Shown piece by piece: positions 53,945-63,139 of a DNA stretch of 64,000 nucleotides; the stretch's first letter is position 1, and each line of letters opens with the position of its first letter. Source of the DNA: Thermoanaerobaculia bacterium (GTDB taxonomy: Bacteria; Acidobacteriota; Thermoanaerobaculia; Multivoradales; JAGPDF01). The translations under genes and the position numbers were made by a program. The notes under the pieces were generated by a model, which was not told the DNA's origin, ran no database searches, and saw only the letters and a list, made by a program, of their open reading frames with translations. The stretch spans positions 12,140-76,139 of the forward strand of contig JAGPDF010000004.1 in the NCBI GenBank assembly GCA_018057705.1. Reading direction: 5' to 3'.

Positions 53945-55429
53945 CTACTTCCGGGTCGTCGAGTCCGTTGCGCGGGCTGTTCGAGGCTTGTCGCCGTCCC
54001 GTGCGTCGCGCGCGCCGGAGCTCTGCCCGGGCGCGCCGGCGCGCGCCGCGGCGAGCAGGAACGCGTCGGCGCCGGCGGCTGGAGGCTCGGCGGTGCCGGC
54101 GAGCATCGGGCGCATCACATCGCGGACGACGCGGAAATCGGCCAACTGCAGGGTATCGAGCGCCGGACCAGGGACGCTCTTCAGCGACTGCGGATCGATC
54201 CAGGTGCCGTTTCTCTGCACGCGATAGTCGAGGTGCGGGCCGCTCGCCAGACCGGTCGCTCCGACGTAGCCGATCAGCTCGCCCTGCCGCACCCGGGATC
54301 CGGCCCGGACTCCGGCGGCGAAGCCGGAGAGGTGAAGGTAGCAGGTGACGAAGCCGTTCGGATGCCGCACCTTGACCGTTTTGCCGCCGCCGCCCTCCCA
54401 GCCAGCGTGCAGTACCGTGCCGGCGGCCGTGACGCGAACCGGCGTGCCCACCGGGGCGCCGTAGTCGACGCCGTAGTGCGGCCGGTGGATCTTCAACACC
54501 GGGTGGAAGCGCCGGGTCGAGAACTTCGACGTGACGCGCGAATAGGGCAGCGGTGCACGCAGGAACATCTTTTCGCTGGGCCGGCCTTCGGCGTCGTAGA
54601 ACGCTCCGGCGCTGCCGAACCGGAAGACCTCCAGCTTGCGGTTCGCCTGGGCATAGGAGAGCGCGAGCACGCGCTCGACTCCGAAGTAGCTACCTTCGAG
54701 ATGAACCTCTTCGAACAGAACATCGAAGCGGTCGCCGGGCTGGAGATCGCGGTTGAAATCGAGATCCCATTGCAGTACGTCCGCCATTGCGTACGCGAGG
54801 TCGGAGTGGGCGCCGGCGGCGGCGACCGAGCTCTCGAGCGAGCCCGAGAGCGTCCCATGCACGGCCCGGGTGCGGAGCTCGCGGCGATAGGGGCGCCAGG
54901 ACGGCAACCACTCTTCGCCTCCGCGCTCGACCGAGAGGTGGCCCCGGCCGGCCACCGCGAGCTCGAAACGAGTCGGTTGGGCGGTTTGGGAGGCATAGGA
55001 AGAACCGGAGGTCGTGGCGGCCCGGGGGGCGGAAGAGCCATCGCCGCCACTGAAGCTGGAAACGAAGGCCGCGATGCGCATGCCGGGTCTGAGCTGCTTT
55101 GGGTTCACGTAGACACTGGCGGCGTTCGCGGCGCGCTCGGCTTCGTCGCCGGCGAGGCCGAGAGCGCGTAGCGCCCTTCCCAACGTGTCACCGGCGCGCA
55201 GCGTGTGGACCCGGTCCGGTTCGACCGTCGCCGCGACTCCCCCCGCGGCGGGCGCAGCCGCCACCGGGGTCACGGGCGGAGAGGACGCCGCATCCTGCGG
55301 CGGAGCGGTTCCAGGTGCGGAGGATTCGACCCAGGAGGTCAGGGCGAGCGGCGCGACGACGAGCGCGGCCGATACAGGAAGGGCGCGTTTCAGAAACCGC
55401 AGCACCCTTTCCCTGCTCCATGCACTCAT
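53945..55429 (-). CDS. M23-family metallopeptidase (peptidoglycan endopeptidase) with N-terminal TM/secretion segment
   Basis: 'HYGVDYGAPVGTPVRVTAAGTVLHAGWEGGGGKTVKVRHPNGFVTCYLHLS' (HxxxD and HxH zinc motifs of LytM/M23). Confidence 0.8.
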   Translation of the reverse strand: MSAWSRERVLRFLKRALPVSAALVVAPLALTSWVESSAPGTAPPQDAASSPPVTPVAAAPAAGGVAATVEPDRVHTLRAGDTLGRALRALGLAGDEAERAANAASVYVNPKQLRPGMRIAAFVSSFSGGDGSSAPRAATTSGSSYASQTAQPTRFELAVAGRGHLSVERGGEEWLPSWRPYRRELRTRAVHGTLSGSLESSVAAAGAHSDLAYAMADVLQWDLDFNRDLQPGDRFDVLFEEVHLEGSYFGVERVLALSYAQANRKLEVFRFGSAGAFYDAEGRPSEKMFLRAPLPYSRVTSKFSTRRFHPVLKIHRPHYGVDYGAPVGTPVRVTAAGTVLHAGWEGGGGKTVKVRHPNGFVTCYLHLSGFAAGVRAGSRVRQGELIGYVGATGLASGPHLDYRVQRNGTWIDPQSLKSVPGPALDTLQLADFRVVRDVMRPMLAGTAEPPAAGADAFLLAAARAGAPGQSSGARDARDGDKPRTARATDSTTRK

Positions 55430-55546
55430 CCAGTGAGCCCTCGCCGGCTGCGATTTGTCGATGGGCCGGGAGGTCCCCGGGAGCCGGGATCATAACATCC
55501 GGCCGGTCCGGCGCTGTGCAATCGGCTGCAGGGGGAGCTTTGAGGG

Positions 55547-56056
55547 TTAGCGCAGAAGCCCCAGGATCTGCTCTTCGGCCTCTGCGGCGAGGCGGCCCTG
55601 GAAGAGGACCTCGCCCTTGCGAACGACGACGAGTCCGGGCAACGCCGTGACCGCGTGACCTTTGGAGAACTCACCGTCGCGGTCGAGGTAGATCGGGGCG
55701 TGGAGCGGATGTTCACGCACGAATTCGCCGATCGCCGCCGCCTCCTCCTGGAAGTTCACGGTGACGACCCGCCCCTGGCCGGAGAGCTTCTGCACCAGGT
55801 CGTTCACTCGCGGCGAGATGTCGCGGCAGCGCGGCGACCAGGAGGCCCAGACTACGATGATGTGCGTGCCCTGCGCGAGGTCGGCGGACGACAACTGTCC
55901 GCCTCCCAGTCCCGGCAGGCTCGCCCCCTGCGCCCCGGCCGGAGTGGCGGCGAGGGCCGAGTAGACCAGCAGCAGCAGACCGAAAAGAGCGAGCCCGGCC
56001 GCGCCAGACCATCGTTTCGGGGCGGACAGGCCCCGTGGGATTCGACCGGATCGCAT
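55547..56056 (-). CDS. Thioredoxin-fold (TlpA/redoxin-like) protein with an SxxC variant of the CxxC motif; N-terminal signal/TM
   Basis: 'HIIVVWASWSPRCRDISPRVNDL' aligns with the TlpA/ResA 'WASWCxPCR' active site, with the first Cys replaced by Ser; hydrophobic N-terminus 'AAGLALFGLLLLVYSALAA'. The ATG at 56056 is chosen; the ORF could start further upstream (56251). Confidence 0.55.
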   Translation of the reverse strand: MRSGRIPRGLSAPKRWSGAAGLALFGLLLLVYSALAATPAGAQGASLPGLGGGQLSSADLAQGTHIIVVWASWSPRCRDISPRVNDLVQKLSGQGRVVTVNFQEEAAAIGEFVREHPLHAPIYLDRDGEFSKGHAVTALPGLVVVRKGEVLFQGRLAAEAEEQILGLLR

Positions 56057-56061
56057 TCGGA

Positions 56062-56286
56062 TCACTCCAGTCCGAGCAGCGCCCGGATCCTCTGCTGCAG
56101 TTCGGTCGGGGCGGGCCGCCGGGCGCATCGGGTGCGCACCATCACGACGACCTGCTCGATACGCATGGCGTGCTCGCGGCAGTTCGGACAATCTTCGAGA
56201 TGCCGCTCCATGGGTTCGCGCGGCAGCTGTTCGCGGTCGCGATCCACCCAAAGAAAGACCGCCCTCTGGACTCGCTTACACCCCAT
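56062..56286 (-). CDS. Zinc-finger (ZAS, HxxxCxxC) anti-sigma factor, 74 aa
   Basis: 'AVFLWVDRDREQLPREPMERHLEDCPNCREH' matches the zf-HC2/RsrA-ChrR N-terminal anti-sigma fold; lies immediately downstream of the ECF sigma gene. Confidence 0.55.
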   Translation of the reverse strand: MGCKRVQRAVFLWVDRDREQLPREPMERHLEDCPNCREHAMRIEQVVVMVRTRCARRPAPTELQQRIRALLGLE

Positions 56287-56465
56287 CTGCTGGTCCCTCT
56301 GGACGCCGACCCGTGTCCCGGCAGTCCGTCCGCACCCTGGTCAAAACGCTTTGCCTAACGTCGAAATTCCACGCCGGGATCCGAGCGGTCGCGGTCATCG
56401 AAGCCGTCGCGGCCATCGCAGACAGAGCAGCCATCGCGTTCGCCGGGGTCGCTGAAGCCACGGAT

Positions 56466-57140
56466 TCAGTGTCCGGACGCCGCAGCGTCCGGCGCCGCAT
56501 CGGTGCCGCGCCGGCGCGCCGGTTCCGAACCGGCGCGCAGATAGCCGTGCTCGCGGGCGTAGCGCAGCATCGCCTCTTCGAGCAGCTTCCTGCCACGGTA
56601 AAGCCGGCTCATGACCGTGCCGACCGGAATCTCGAGGATCTCGGCGATCTCGCGATAGGAGAAGCCTTCGATGTCCGCCAGGAGCACCGCCATGCGGTAG
56701 TCCTGGGGCAGGAGGTCCAGCGCCCGCTGGACGTCCTCGTCGAAGACGTTTGCGAGCGCCTCTTCTTCCGGATTCTTCATCTGTCCAGCAGCTTCCGGCG
56801 CGAGTTGGCTCTCGAACGCATCCTCGATCTCGGCGAAATCGCTCTTCCTGGGCGCCGCCTGCTTGCGCCGGTACTCGTTGATGAAGGTGTTCTTGAGGAT
56901 CTTGAAGAGCCAGGCCTTGAGGTTCGTTCCGGGCGTGAACTGCGCGTAGCTGCGATAGCCCTTGAGGAAGGTCTCCTGCACCAGGTCCTCGGCATCCTCG
57001 GCGTTGCGCGACAGGCGGTAGGCGGTGTTGTAGAGCGAGTCGAGGAACGGCATCGCCGCCGCTTCGAAAGCAGCACGATCGTCGGCCAGCTGGGTTGCGC
57101 TCGTCGTTGGCATTTCCGCCTGCATCTCTAACTGCCGATT
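56466..57140 (-). CDS. ECF (group IV) RNA polymerase sigma factor
   Basis: Region 2 '[34 protein letters not shown]'; region 4 '[44 protein letters not shown]'. Alternative in-frame starts at 57115 and 57103. Confidence 0.8.
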   Translation of the reverse strand, partial: NRQLEMQAEMPTTSATQLADDRAAFEAAAMPFLDSLYNTAYRLSRNAEDAEDLVQETFLKGYRSYAQFTPGTNLKAWLFKILKNTFINEYRRKQAAPRKSDFAEIEDAFESQLAPEAAGQMKNPEEEALANVFDEDVQRALDLLPQDYRMAVLLADIEGFSYREIAEILEIPVGTVMSRLYRGRKLLEEAMLRYAREHGYLRAGSEPARRRGTDAAPDAAASGH

Positions 57141-57225
57141 ATCCACCATCTTCCCGCGGAGGATCGAACGCACGAACGGTGCCAGCCGGCTCGCGGCCCC
57201 CCGCCCGTGGCCGGAAGGTGAGAGA

Positions 57226-58317
57226 ATGCCCGCCGACCGATCCATGCGCCCTCCCGACTTCGCACCTGTTCCGGCCCCAATTCCGGCGCCTATTCCGGAA
57301 GACCGCCTGCACGCTCTCGTCGAGGCGATGCGCGGCCAGCCGGTTCTGATGCTCGTGGACCTGGTCGTCGACCGCTTCCTCTCCGGTACGCCCAAGCGGA
57401 TCTCGCGCGAGGCGCCGGTGCTCATCCTGCGCTACGCCGGCGAGAGCCTGGCCCCGGGCGGCGGCGCCAATGCCGTCGCGAACGTCATGGCGCTCGGCGG
57501 CCTTCCTCGCCCTTTCGGACTCGTCGGCGAGGACGCGAGCGGTCGCGAGCTCCTCGCCGCGTTCGCCGAGCGGGGAATACCGACCGGCGCGATCCTCGTG
57601 CGGCCGGGTTACGGAACCCCCACCAAGACGCGCATCCTCGCCGGCTTTCCGACCGGCATCAAGCAGCAGGTCGTGCGGCTGGATCGCGAGCAGGAGGTCG
57701 TGCTCCGCGGCGAAGAGGTCGAGGCGCTGCGGCGCGCCATCGCAGAGGCCGGCGGCGCGCGGGCGGCCATTCTCTCCGACTACGGTTACGGCTCCGTCGT
57801 GCCGGCTCTGCTGCCCGAGATTCGCAAGGCCGTCGGGCAGGACGGTGCGATTCTCGTCGACAGCCGCTTCCGGCTCGGGGACTTCGCCGGGCTCGACGGC
57901 GCGACGCCCAATGAAGAGGAAGCCGAAACCCTGCTCGGGCGCCCGTTGGACGATCTCCAGGGCAGCGACGTCGGCGCCGGGCGCGAGCTGCGCGAGCGCC
58001 TGCGCGCGCGTTTCCTGCTCGTCACCCGCGGCAGCCGCGGCATGTCGCTCTTCACGCCCGACGGCGCCGCCCACGTTCCGGTCCACGGCACCGACCAGGT
58101 GGCCGATGTCACCGGCGCCGGCGATACGGTCATCGCGACGTTCGCCCTGGCGCTCGCCGCCGGCGGCTCGCCGCGGGAGGCGATGCTCCTCGCCAATTAC
58201 GCAGGCGGCGTCGTGGTGATGAAGATGGGCACCTCGACGGTCTCCCGCGAGGAGCTCCACGCCGCGATCACCACCGATCCCCGGCCACGACTGGAGATGA
58301 CATGGGTCGAGTTCTGA
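57226..58317 (+). CDS. hldA: D-glycero-beta-D-manno-heptose-7-phosphate kinase (RfaE domain I, PfkB family), monofunctional
   Basis: '[53 protein letters not shown]'; PfkB C-terminal '[20 protein letters not shown]'. The true start may be an internal ATG (about 57328). Confidence 0.8.
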   Translation: MPADRSMRPPDFAPVPAPIPAPIPEDRLHALVEAMRGQPVLMLVDLVVDRFLSGTPKRISREAPVLILRYAGESLAPGGGANAVANVMALGGLPRPFGLVGEDASGRELLAAFAERGIPTGAILVRPGYGTPTKTRILAGFPTGIKQQVVRLDREQEVVLRGEEVEALRRAIAEAGGARAAILSDYGYGSVVPALLPEIRKAVGQDGAILVDSRFRLGDFAGLDGATPNEEEAETLLGRPLDDLQGSDVGAGRELRERLRARFLLVTRGSRGMSLFTPDGAAHVPVHGTDQVADVTGAGDTVIATFALALAAGGSPREAMLLANYAGGVVVMKMGTSTVSREELHAAITTDPRPRLEMTWVEF

Positions 58318-58805
58318 CCGTCGCCGAGCTCGCCATCGAGACCCGGCGCCTGCAGACGGAAGGCCGCACCCTCGCCTTCGCGAACGGCCACTTCGACCTC
58401 CTGCACGTCGGCCATCTGCGCTACCTGCAGGCGGCCCGCGCCGAGGCCGATCTGCTCATCGTGGCCGTCAACGACGACGCCTCGGTGCGCAGCCTCAAGG
58501 GCCCGGGCCGCCCGGTCGTTCCGGCGGTCGAGCGCGCCGAATTGCTCGCGGCGCTCTCTCCGGTCGACTTCGTCGTCGTCTTCGAGGGCGACAGCCCGGC
58601 GCCACTTCTGGCCGCGATTCGCCCCGACGTTCACTGCAAGGGGACCGACTACGGCTCCCCGGATCGGGTGCCCGAGTTCGCGGTCGTCGCCGCATACGGC
58701 GGCCGCACGGCGCTGGTCGGAGATCCGAAGGACCACGCCACCAGCGACCTCATCGAAAAGGTGCGCGGCCTCCCCGGCCGCGCCGGGTCGCCGGCTCTCG
58801 ATTGA
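58302..58805 (+). CDS. hldC: D-glycero-beta-D-manno-heptose-1-phosphate adenylyltransferase (RfaE domain II, cytidylyltransferase fold)
   Basis: 'LAFANGHFDLLHVGHLRYLQAARAEADLLIVAVNDDASVRSLKGPGRPVVPAVERAELLAALSPVDFVVVF' (HxGH nucleotidyltransferase motif); overlaps hldA by 16 nt. Confidence 0.85.
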   Translation: MGRVLTVAELAIETRRLQTEGRTLAFANGHFDLLHVGHLRYLQAARAEADLLIVAVNDDASVRSLKGPGRPVVPAVERAELLAALSPVDFVVVFEGDSPAPLLAAIRPDVHCKGTDYGSPDRVPEFAVVAAYGGRTALVGDPKDHATSDLIEKVRGLPGRAGSPALD

Positions 58806-58831
58806 CCCATTTTTCTCACCGCTGCTACACT
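58802..58831 (+). promoter_or_regulatory. Putative sigma-70 promoter (TTGACC - 18 nt - TACACT) upstream of the pilB-like gene
   Basis: -35 at 58802-58807, -10 at 58826-58831, about 85 nt upstream of the ATG at 58918. Confidence 0.3.
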
Positions 58832-58917
58832 GGACTCGAGTCCCGTCGGCCACCGCTCTGCTCGCACGGCGCCGCACGGGGGAGTTTCGTCATGAACCAG
58901 GAAAGGCCCTTCGAGAG

Positions 58918-60636
58918 ATGAGTAATCGTCTGGGAGACGCTCTTCTCAAGTCCGGCAAGGTCAGCCCGGAGCAGCTGAAGGAGGGGCTTGCCCTGCAGAA
59001 GGAGAAGGGTGGCCGCATCGGCTCCGCGCTGGTGAAGATCGGCGCCATGACGGAGAAGGACCTCGTCGAGTTCCTTTCGAAGCATTTCGGGGTCCCGGCA
59101 ATCGACCTGCAGCGCGTCGAGATCGACGAATCGGTCATCAAAGTGATTCCGGCCGACGTCGCGCGCAAGTACACCATCCTGCCGATCGCCAAGGTCGGCG
59201 CCAAAGTCACTCTGGCGATGATCGACCCGACCAACGTCTTCGCCATGGACGACATCAAGTTCATGACGGGGTACAACGTCGACCCCGTGGTCGCGTCGGA
59301 ATCCGCGCTGCGCATCTCGATCGACAAGTACTACGGCTCGACGCATGCCATCGAGCTCAAGAAGGTGATGGAGGATCTCACCGACACCTCGGCGGATTCC
59401 TCGCTCGAAGTGCTCGACGAGGACCAGGATCTCGACCTCGAGATGCTGGAGAAGGAGTCCGAGGAAGCCCCGGTCGTCCGCCTCGTCAACATCATCCTCA
59501 CCGACGCGATCAAGAAGGGTGCCTCGGACATTCACATCGAGCCGTACGAGAAGGACTACCGGGTCCGCTACCGGATCGACGGCATCCTCTACGAGATGAT
59601 GCACCCGCCGTTGCGGCTGCGCGAGGCGATCACCAGCCGCATCAAGATCCTGGCCAAGCTCGACATCGCCGAGAAGCGCCTCCCCCAGGACGGCCGGATC
59701 AAGATCAAGACCAAGATCCAGGACCGCGTCAAGGATCTCGACTTCCGCGTCTCGGTGCTGCCGACGATCTATGGCGAGAAGATCGTCATGCGACTCCTCG
59801 ACAAAGACAACCTGATGCTCGACATGACCAGGTTGGGCTTCGAGACCGAGTCGCTGCGCAAGTTCGAGCAGGCGATCCTCAAGCCCTACGGGATGGTGCT
59901 CGTCACCGGACCGACCGGCTCCGGCAAGACGAATACCCTCTACTCGGCTCTGCAGCGGATCAACACCGCCGAGGTGAACATCATCACCGCCGAGGATCCG
60001 GTCGAGTTCAACCTCCCGGGCATCAACCAGGTGCAGATGAAGGAGCAGATCGGGCTCAACTTCGCGGCCGCCCTGCGCTCGTTCCTGCGCCAGGATCCGA
60101 ACATCATTCTGGTGGGCGAGATCCGCGACTTCGAGACCGCCGAAGTGGCCATCAAGGCCGCGATGACCGGCCACCTCGTGCTCTCGACCCTCCACACGAA
60201 CGACGCGCCTTCGTCGATCAACCGCTTGATGAACATGGGCATCGAGCCGTTCCTCGTCGCCACTTCGGTGCACATGATCGTCGCGCAGCGGCTCGTTCGC
60301 CGCGTCTGCAGCTCGTGCAAGGAGGCGACGGAGGCTCCGCTCGGCGCCCTCATGAACGCCGGCTTCTCCGAGAAGGACGCCAAGACCGTCCGCCTCTTCA
60401 AGGGGCGGGGCTGCGATCGCTGCTCGAACACCGGTTACAAGGGCCGCGTCGGCCTCTACGAGGTCATGGAGATCGGCGACGAGATCCGCGAGCTGATCCT
60501 TTCGGGGGCGAGCTCGGTCGAGCTGCGCAACAAGGCGATCGAAACCGGCATGCTCTCGCTGCGCGGCTCGGGCCTTCAGAAGATCCGGGAAGGCGTGACG
60601 ACCGTCGAGGAAGTCGTCCGCGAGACCGTTCAGTAG
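58918..60636 (+). CDS. pilB: Type IV pilus / type II secretion assembly ATPase (GspE/PilB family) with MshEN-like N-terminal domain
   Basis: Walker A 'VTGPTGSGKTNTLYSAL'; Asp box, Walker B and His box 'LVGEIRDFETAEVAIKAAMTGHLVLSTLHTNDA'; tetracysteine 'CSSCKE...CDRCSNTG'; N-terminus 'RLGDALLKSGKVSPEQLKEGLALQ...GSALVKIGAMTEKDLVEFLSKHFG' resembles the MshEN c-di-GMP-binding motif. Confidence 0.85.
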   Translation: MSNRLGDALLKSGKVSPEQLKEGLALQKEKGGRIGSALVKIGAMTEKDLVEFLSKHFGVPAIDLQRVEIDESVIKVIPADVARKYTILPIAKVGAKVTLAMIDPTNVFAMDDIKFMTGYNVDPVVASESALRISIDKYYGSTHAIELKKVMEDLTDTSADSSLEVLDEDQDLDLEMLEKESEEAPVVRLVNIILTDAIKKGASDIHIEPYEKDYRVRYRIDGILYEMMHPPLRLREAITSRIKILAKLDIAEKRLPQDGRIKIKTKIQDRVKDLDFRVSVLPTIYGEKIVMRLLDKDNLMLDMTRLGFETESLRKFEQAILKPYGMVLVTGPTGSGKTNTLYSALQRINTAEVNIITAEDPVEFNLPGINQVQMKEQIGLNFAAALRSFLRQDPNIILVGEIRDFETAEVAIKAAMTGHLVLSTLHTNDAPSSINRLMNMGIEPFLVATSVHMIVAQRLVRRVCSSCKEATEAPLGALMNAGFSEKDAKTVRLFKGRGCDRCSNTGYKGRVGLYEVMEIGDEIRELILSGASSVELRNKAIETGMLSLRGSGLQKIREGVTTVEEVVRETVQ

Positions 60637-60661
60637 ACGCTCCGCCCTCGACGAGCCCGCC

Positions 60662-61351
60662 GTGCGCAAGTATCTGGTCTTCCTCGTCCTCGGTGTGGCC
60701 TGGCTGATCTCCAAAGCCTTCTGGACACGAGAGATGAAGTGGGTCGGCGGTACCCCGAAGGGGGATCCCTGGCGCGGCATCCGGGTGCTCTGCTTCCTCA
60801 ATCACACCAGCCTCTTCGAGTGGCTCTTCATCGCCATGGCGCCGCCGCGGTTCCTCTGGCGGGTCGCCAACCACGGCGTCGTGCCGGCGGCGGAGAAGAC
60901 CACCAGCCGACCCATCGTGGGCCAGTTCTTCAAGCTCGTCGGCGCCCATGTCGTGTCGATCTCGCGCGAGCGCGATCACACCTGGCGCGAGGTGCTTTCG
61001 CGTATCGACCCGGACTCGATGGTCGTCATCCTGCCGGAGGGCAGGATGAAACGCCCCGGTGGTCTCGATTCGAAAGGTCAGCCGATGTCCGTGCGCGGAG
61101 GGATCGCCGATATTCTCGAGGTCATCCAGGAAGGCCCCATGCTGATCGCCTACAGCGGCGGCCTGCACCACGTTCAGGCTCCCGGCGAGCGCCTGCCGCG
61201 GATGTTCCGCAAGATCCGCATGAACTTCGAGCTGGTCGACATCGCAGCGTATCGCGCAGAGCGGATGCGCGACGCCGATGGTCCGATCGGCTTCAAACGC
61301 GCGGTGGTCGATGACCTCGAACGGCGGCGCGACCGCAACTGCCCGACCTGA
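60662..61351 (+). CDS. Lysophospholipid/1-acyl-glycerol-3-phosphate acyltransferase-family protein (PlsC-like)
   Basis: N-terminal TM; 'VLCFLNHTSLFEW' (NHxxxxD/E-type acyltransferase motif I), 'VVILPEGRM' (motif III). GTG start. Confidence 0.65.
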   Translation: MRKYLVFLVLGVAWLISKAFWTREMKWVGGTPKGDPWRGIRVLCFLNHTSLFEWLFIAMAPPRFLWRVANHGVVPAAEKTTSRPIVGQFFKLVGAHVVSISRERDHTWREVLSRIDPDSMVVILPEGRMKRPGGLDSKGQPMSVRGGIADILEVIQEGPMLIAYSGGLHHVQAPGERLPRMFRKIRMNFELVDIAAYRAERMRDADGPIGFKRAVVDDLERRRDRNCPT

Positions 61352-61405
61352 GCCAGCCCGCCGGGTCCGGCGCCGCGCCGGCGCTGCGGGGCGATCGGAT
61401 CGCCG

Positions 61406-61969
61406 TCAGGCGCGGGAGTTCCACAGCCGGTCCGGGTCTCCACTGAGGAGGTTCGCGGCGCGCGCGAGCACGAAGAGCACGTCGGAGAGCCGGTTGAGGT
61501 AGGGCAACGTCCACCGGCCGACCGGCTCCTCCCGCGCCAGGGTGACCAGCAATCTCTCTGCCCGCCGACAGACGGTGCGCGCTACGTGCAGATGAGCTGC
61601 GGCGGCGCACCCCCCGGGAAGAATGAAGTTCTCGAGCGGCGCGAGCTGCTCGTTCCAGGCGTCGATCTGCGCTTCGAGCCAGTCGACGTGGCGCTCCTCG
61701 ATTCGCGGCAGCGGGCGCACCGCCTTGTCGGCCTCGGTGACGCAGAGGTCGGCCCCGAGGTGAAACAGGTCGTTCTGGATCCGTGAAACCGGCGCCGCGA
61801 GGCTCTCTGGCAGGCGCCCCGAGAGCGCCACCCCGAGCTGCGAGTTGAGCTCGTCGACGGTGCCATAGCAGTCGACCCGCAGGTTGTCCTTGGAGATCCG
61901 CGTCCCGGAACCGAGCGCCGTGCTGCCGTCGTCGCCGGTGCGGGTGTAGATTCGAGTCAGTCTCGGCAT
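61406..61969 (-). CDS. ATP:cob(I)alamin adenosyltransferase (PduO/MMAB type)
   Basis: '[46 protein letters not shown]' is the canonical PduO-type N-terminus. Confidence 0.85.
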   Translation of the reverse strand: MPRLTRIYTRTGDDGSTALGSGTRISKDNLRVDCYGTVDELNSQLGVALSGRLPESLAAPVSRIQNDLFHLGADLCVTEADKAVRPLPRIEERHVDWLEAQIDAWNEQLAPLENFILPGGCAAAAHLHVARTVCRRAERLLVTLAREEPVGRWTLPYLNRLSDVLFVLARAANLLSGDPDRLWNSRA

Positions 61970-62044
61970 GGGGTCATTCTAGAACGCGCCGCTCGGCCCG
62001 GGGCTGGCGAGTCCGGTGCGAAAGTCGGGCTAGGATAGCCAGTC

Positions 62045-63139
62045 ATGATCACGGACCAGGAGATCTACCGCCGCCGCTTCCTCCTCCTCCTGGCGGTCGC
62101 CGTGTCGGCGCTCTTTCTCTTCATGATCAAGGGCTTCCTGATCGCCCTGGTGCTGGGAGCGATCTTCAGCGGCCTGGCTCATCCGCTCTACTCCTGGCTG
62201 CTCGGCAAGATGCCGGGCAAGCGCTCGCTCGCGTCCGCCCTCACGCTGGTCATTCTCCTGCTCGCGGTCGGATTGCCCCTCGCGGCCTTCCTCGGCCTGG
62301 TGGCCGCCAACGCCCTCGACATCGGGCAGGTCGCCGTCCCGTGGATCAAGCAGAACGCCGCGCAACCGTCGGTGCTGGAGCAGCGCCTGATGGAGCGCCT
62401 GCCGATCCTCTCCTACATCGAACCCTACCGGGAGTCGATCGTCTCGTCGCTCGGCAAGGTCGTGGAGAGGACCGGCGGGTTCCTCTTCAAGAGCCTGTCC
62501 TCGCTGACCGGCGGCACTTTCCACGTCATGCTGAACTTCTTCGTCCTGCTCTACGCCATGTTCTTCTTCCTCAAGGGCGGCCGCGGATTGCTGGACGACC
62601 TCCTCGCCTACCTCCCGCTTCCCGACGAGGACAAGCGCCGACTCGCCGACCGGTTCGTGGCGGTGTCCCGGGCGACCATCAAGGGCACGCTGGTAGTCGG
62701 CTTCGTCCAGGCCGCACTCGGCGGAGCGTCGTTCTGGGTGGTCGGCATCCAGGGGGTCGCTTTCTGGTCGGTGCTGATGTTCATCCTGTCGGTCCTGCCG
62801 GGGATCGGCGCCGCGCTGGTCTGGGTGCCGGCGGTGGCCTATCTGCTGATCATCGACCGCACCGGCGCGGCGATCGGGCTGGCGATCTGGAGTGCGGCGG
62901 TCGTCGGCACGGTCGACAACCTCCTTCGCCCCGCCCTGGTGGGCAAAGACACGCAGATCCCGGATCTCCTCATCCTGATCGGAACGCTCGGCGGATTGAC
63001 GCTCTTCGGCGCTGCCGGCCTGATCCTCGGCCCGATCGTGGTGGCGCTCTTCATCACGATCTGGGAGATCTACAGCGGCGTCTTCCGCGACGTTCTGCGC
63101 TCGCCGCGCTCGCCGGCGCCTACCGAACCCGGACCTTGA
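62045..63139 (+). CDS. AI-2E family transporter (PerM/UPF0118)
   Basis: 8-TM protein with 'KGTLVVGFVQAALGGASFWVVGIQGVAFWSVLMFILSVLPGIGAALVWVPAVAYL' typical of AI-2E family. Confidence 0.85.
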   Translation: MITDQEIYRRRFLLLLAVAVSALFLFMIKGFLIALVLGAIFSGLAHPLYSWLLGKMPGKRSLASALTLVILLLAVGLPLAAFLGLVAANALDIGQVAVPWIKQNAAQPSVLEQRLMERLPILSYIEPYRESIVSSLGKVVERTGGFLFKSLSSLTGGTFHVMLNFFVLLYAMFFFLKGGRGLLDDLLAYLPLPDEDKRRLADRFVAVSRATIKGTLVVGFVQAALGGASFWVVGIQGVAFWSVLMFILSVLPGIGAALVWVPAVAYLLIIDRTGAAIGLAIWSAAVVGTVDNLLRPALVGKDTQIPDLLILIGTLGGLTLFGAAGLILGPIVVALFITIWEIYSGVFRDVLRSPRSPAPTEPGP

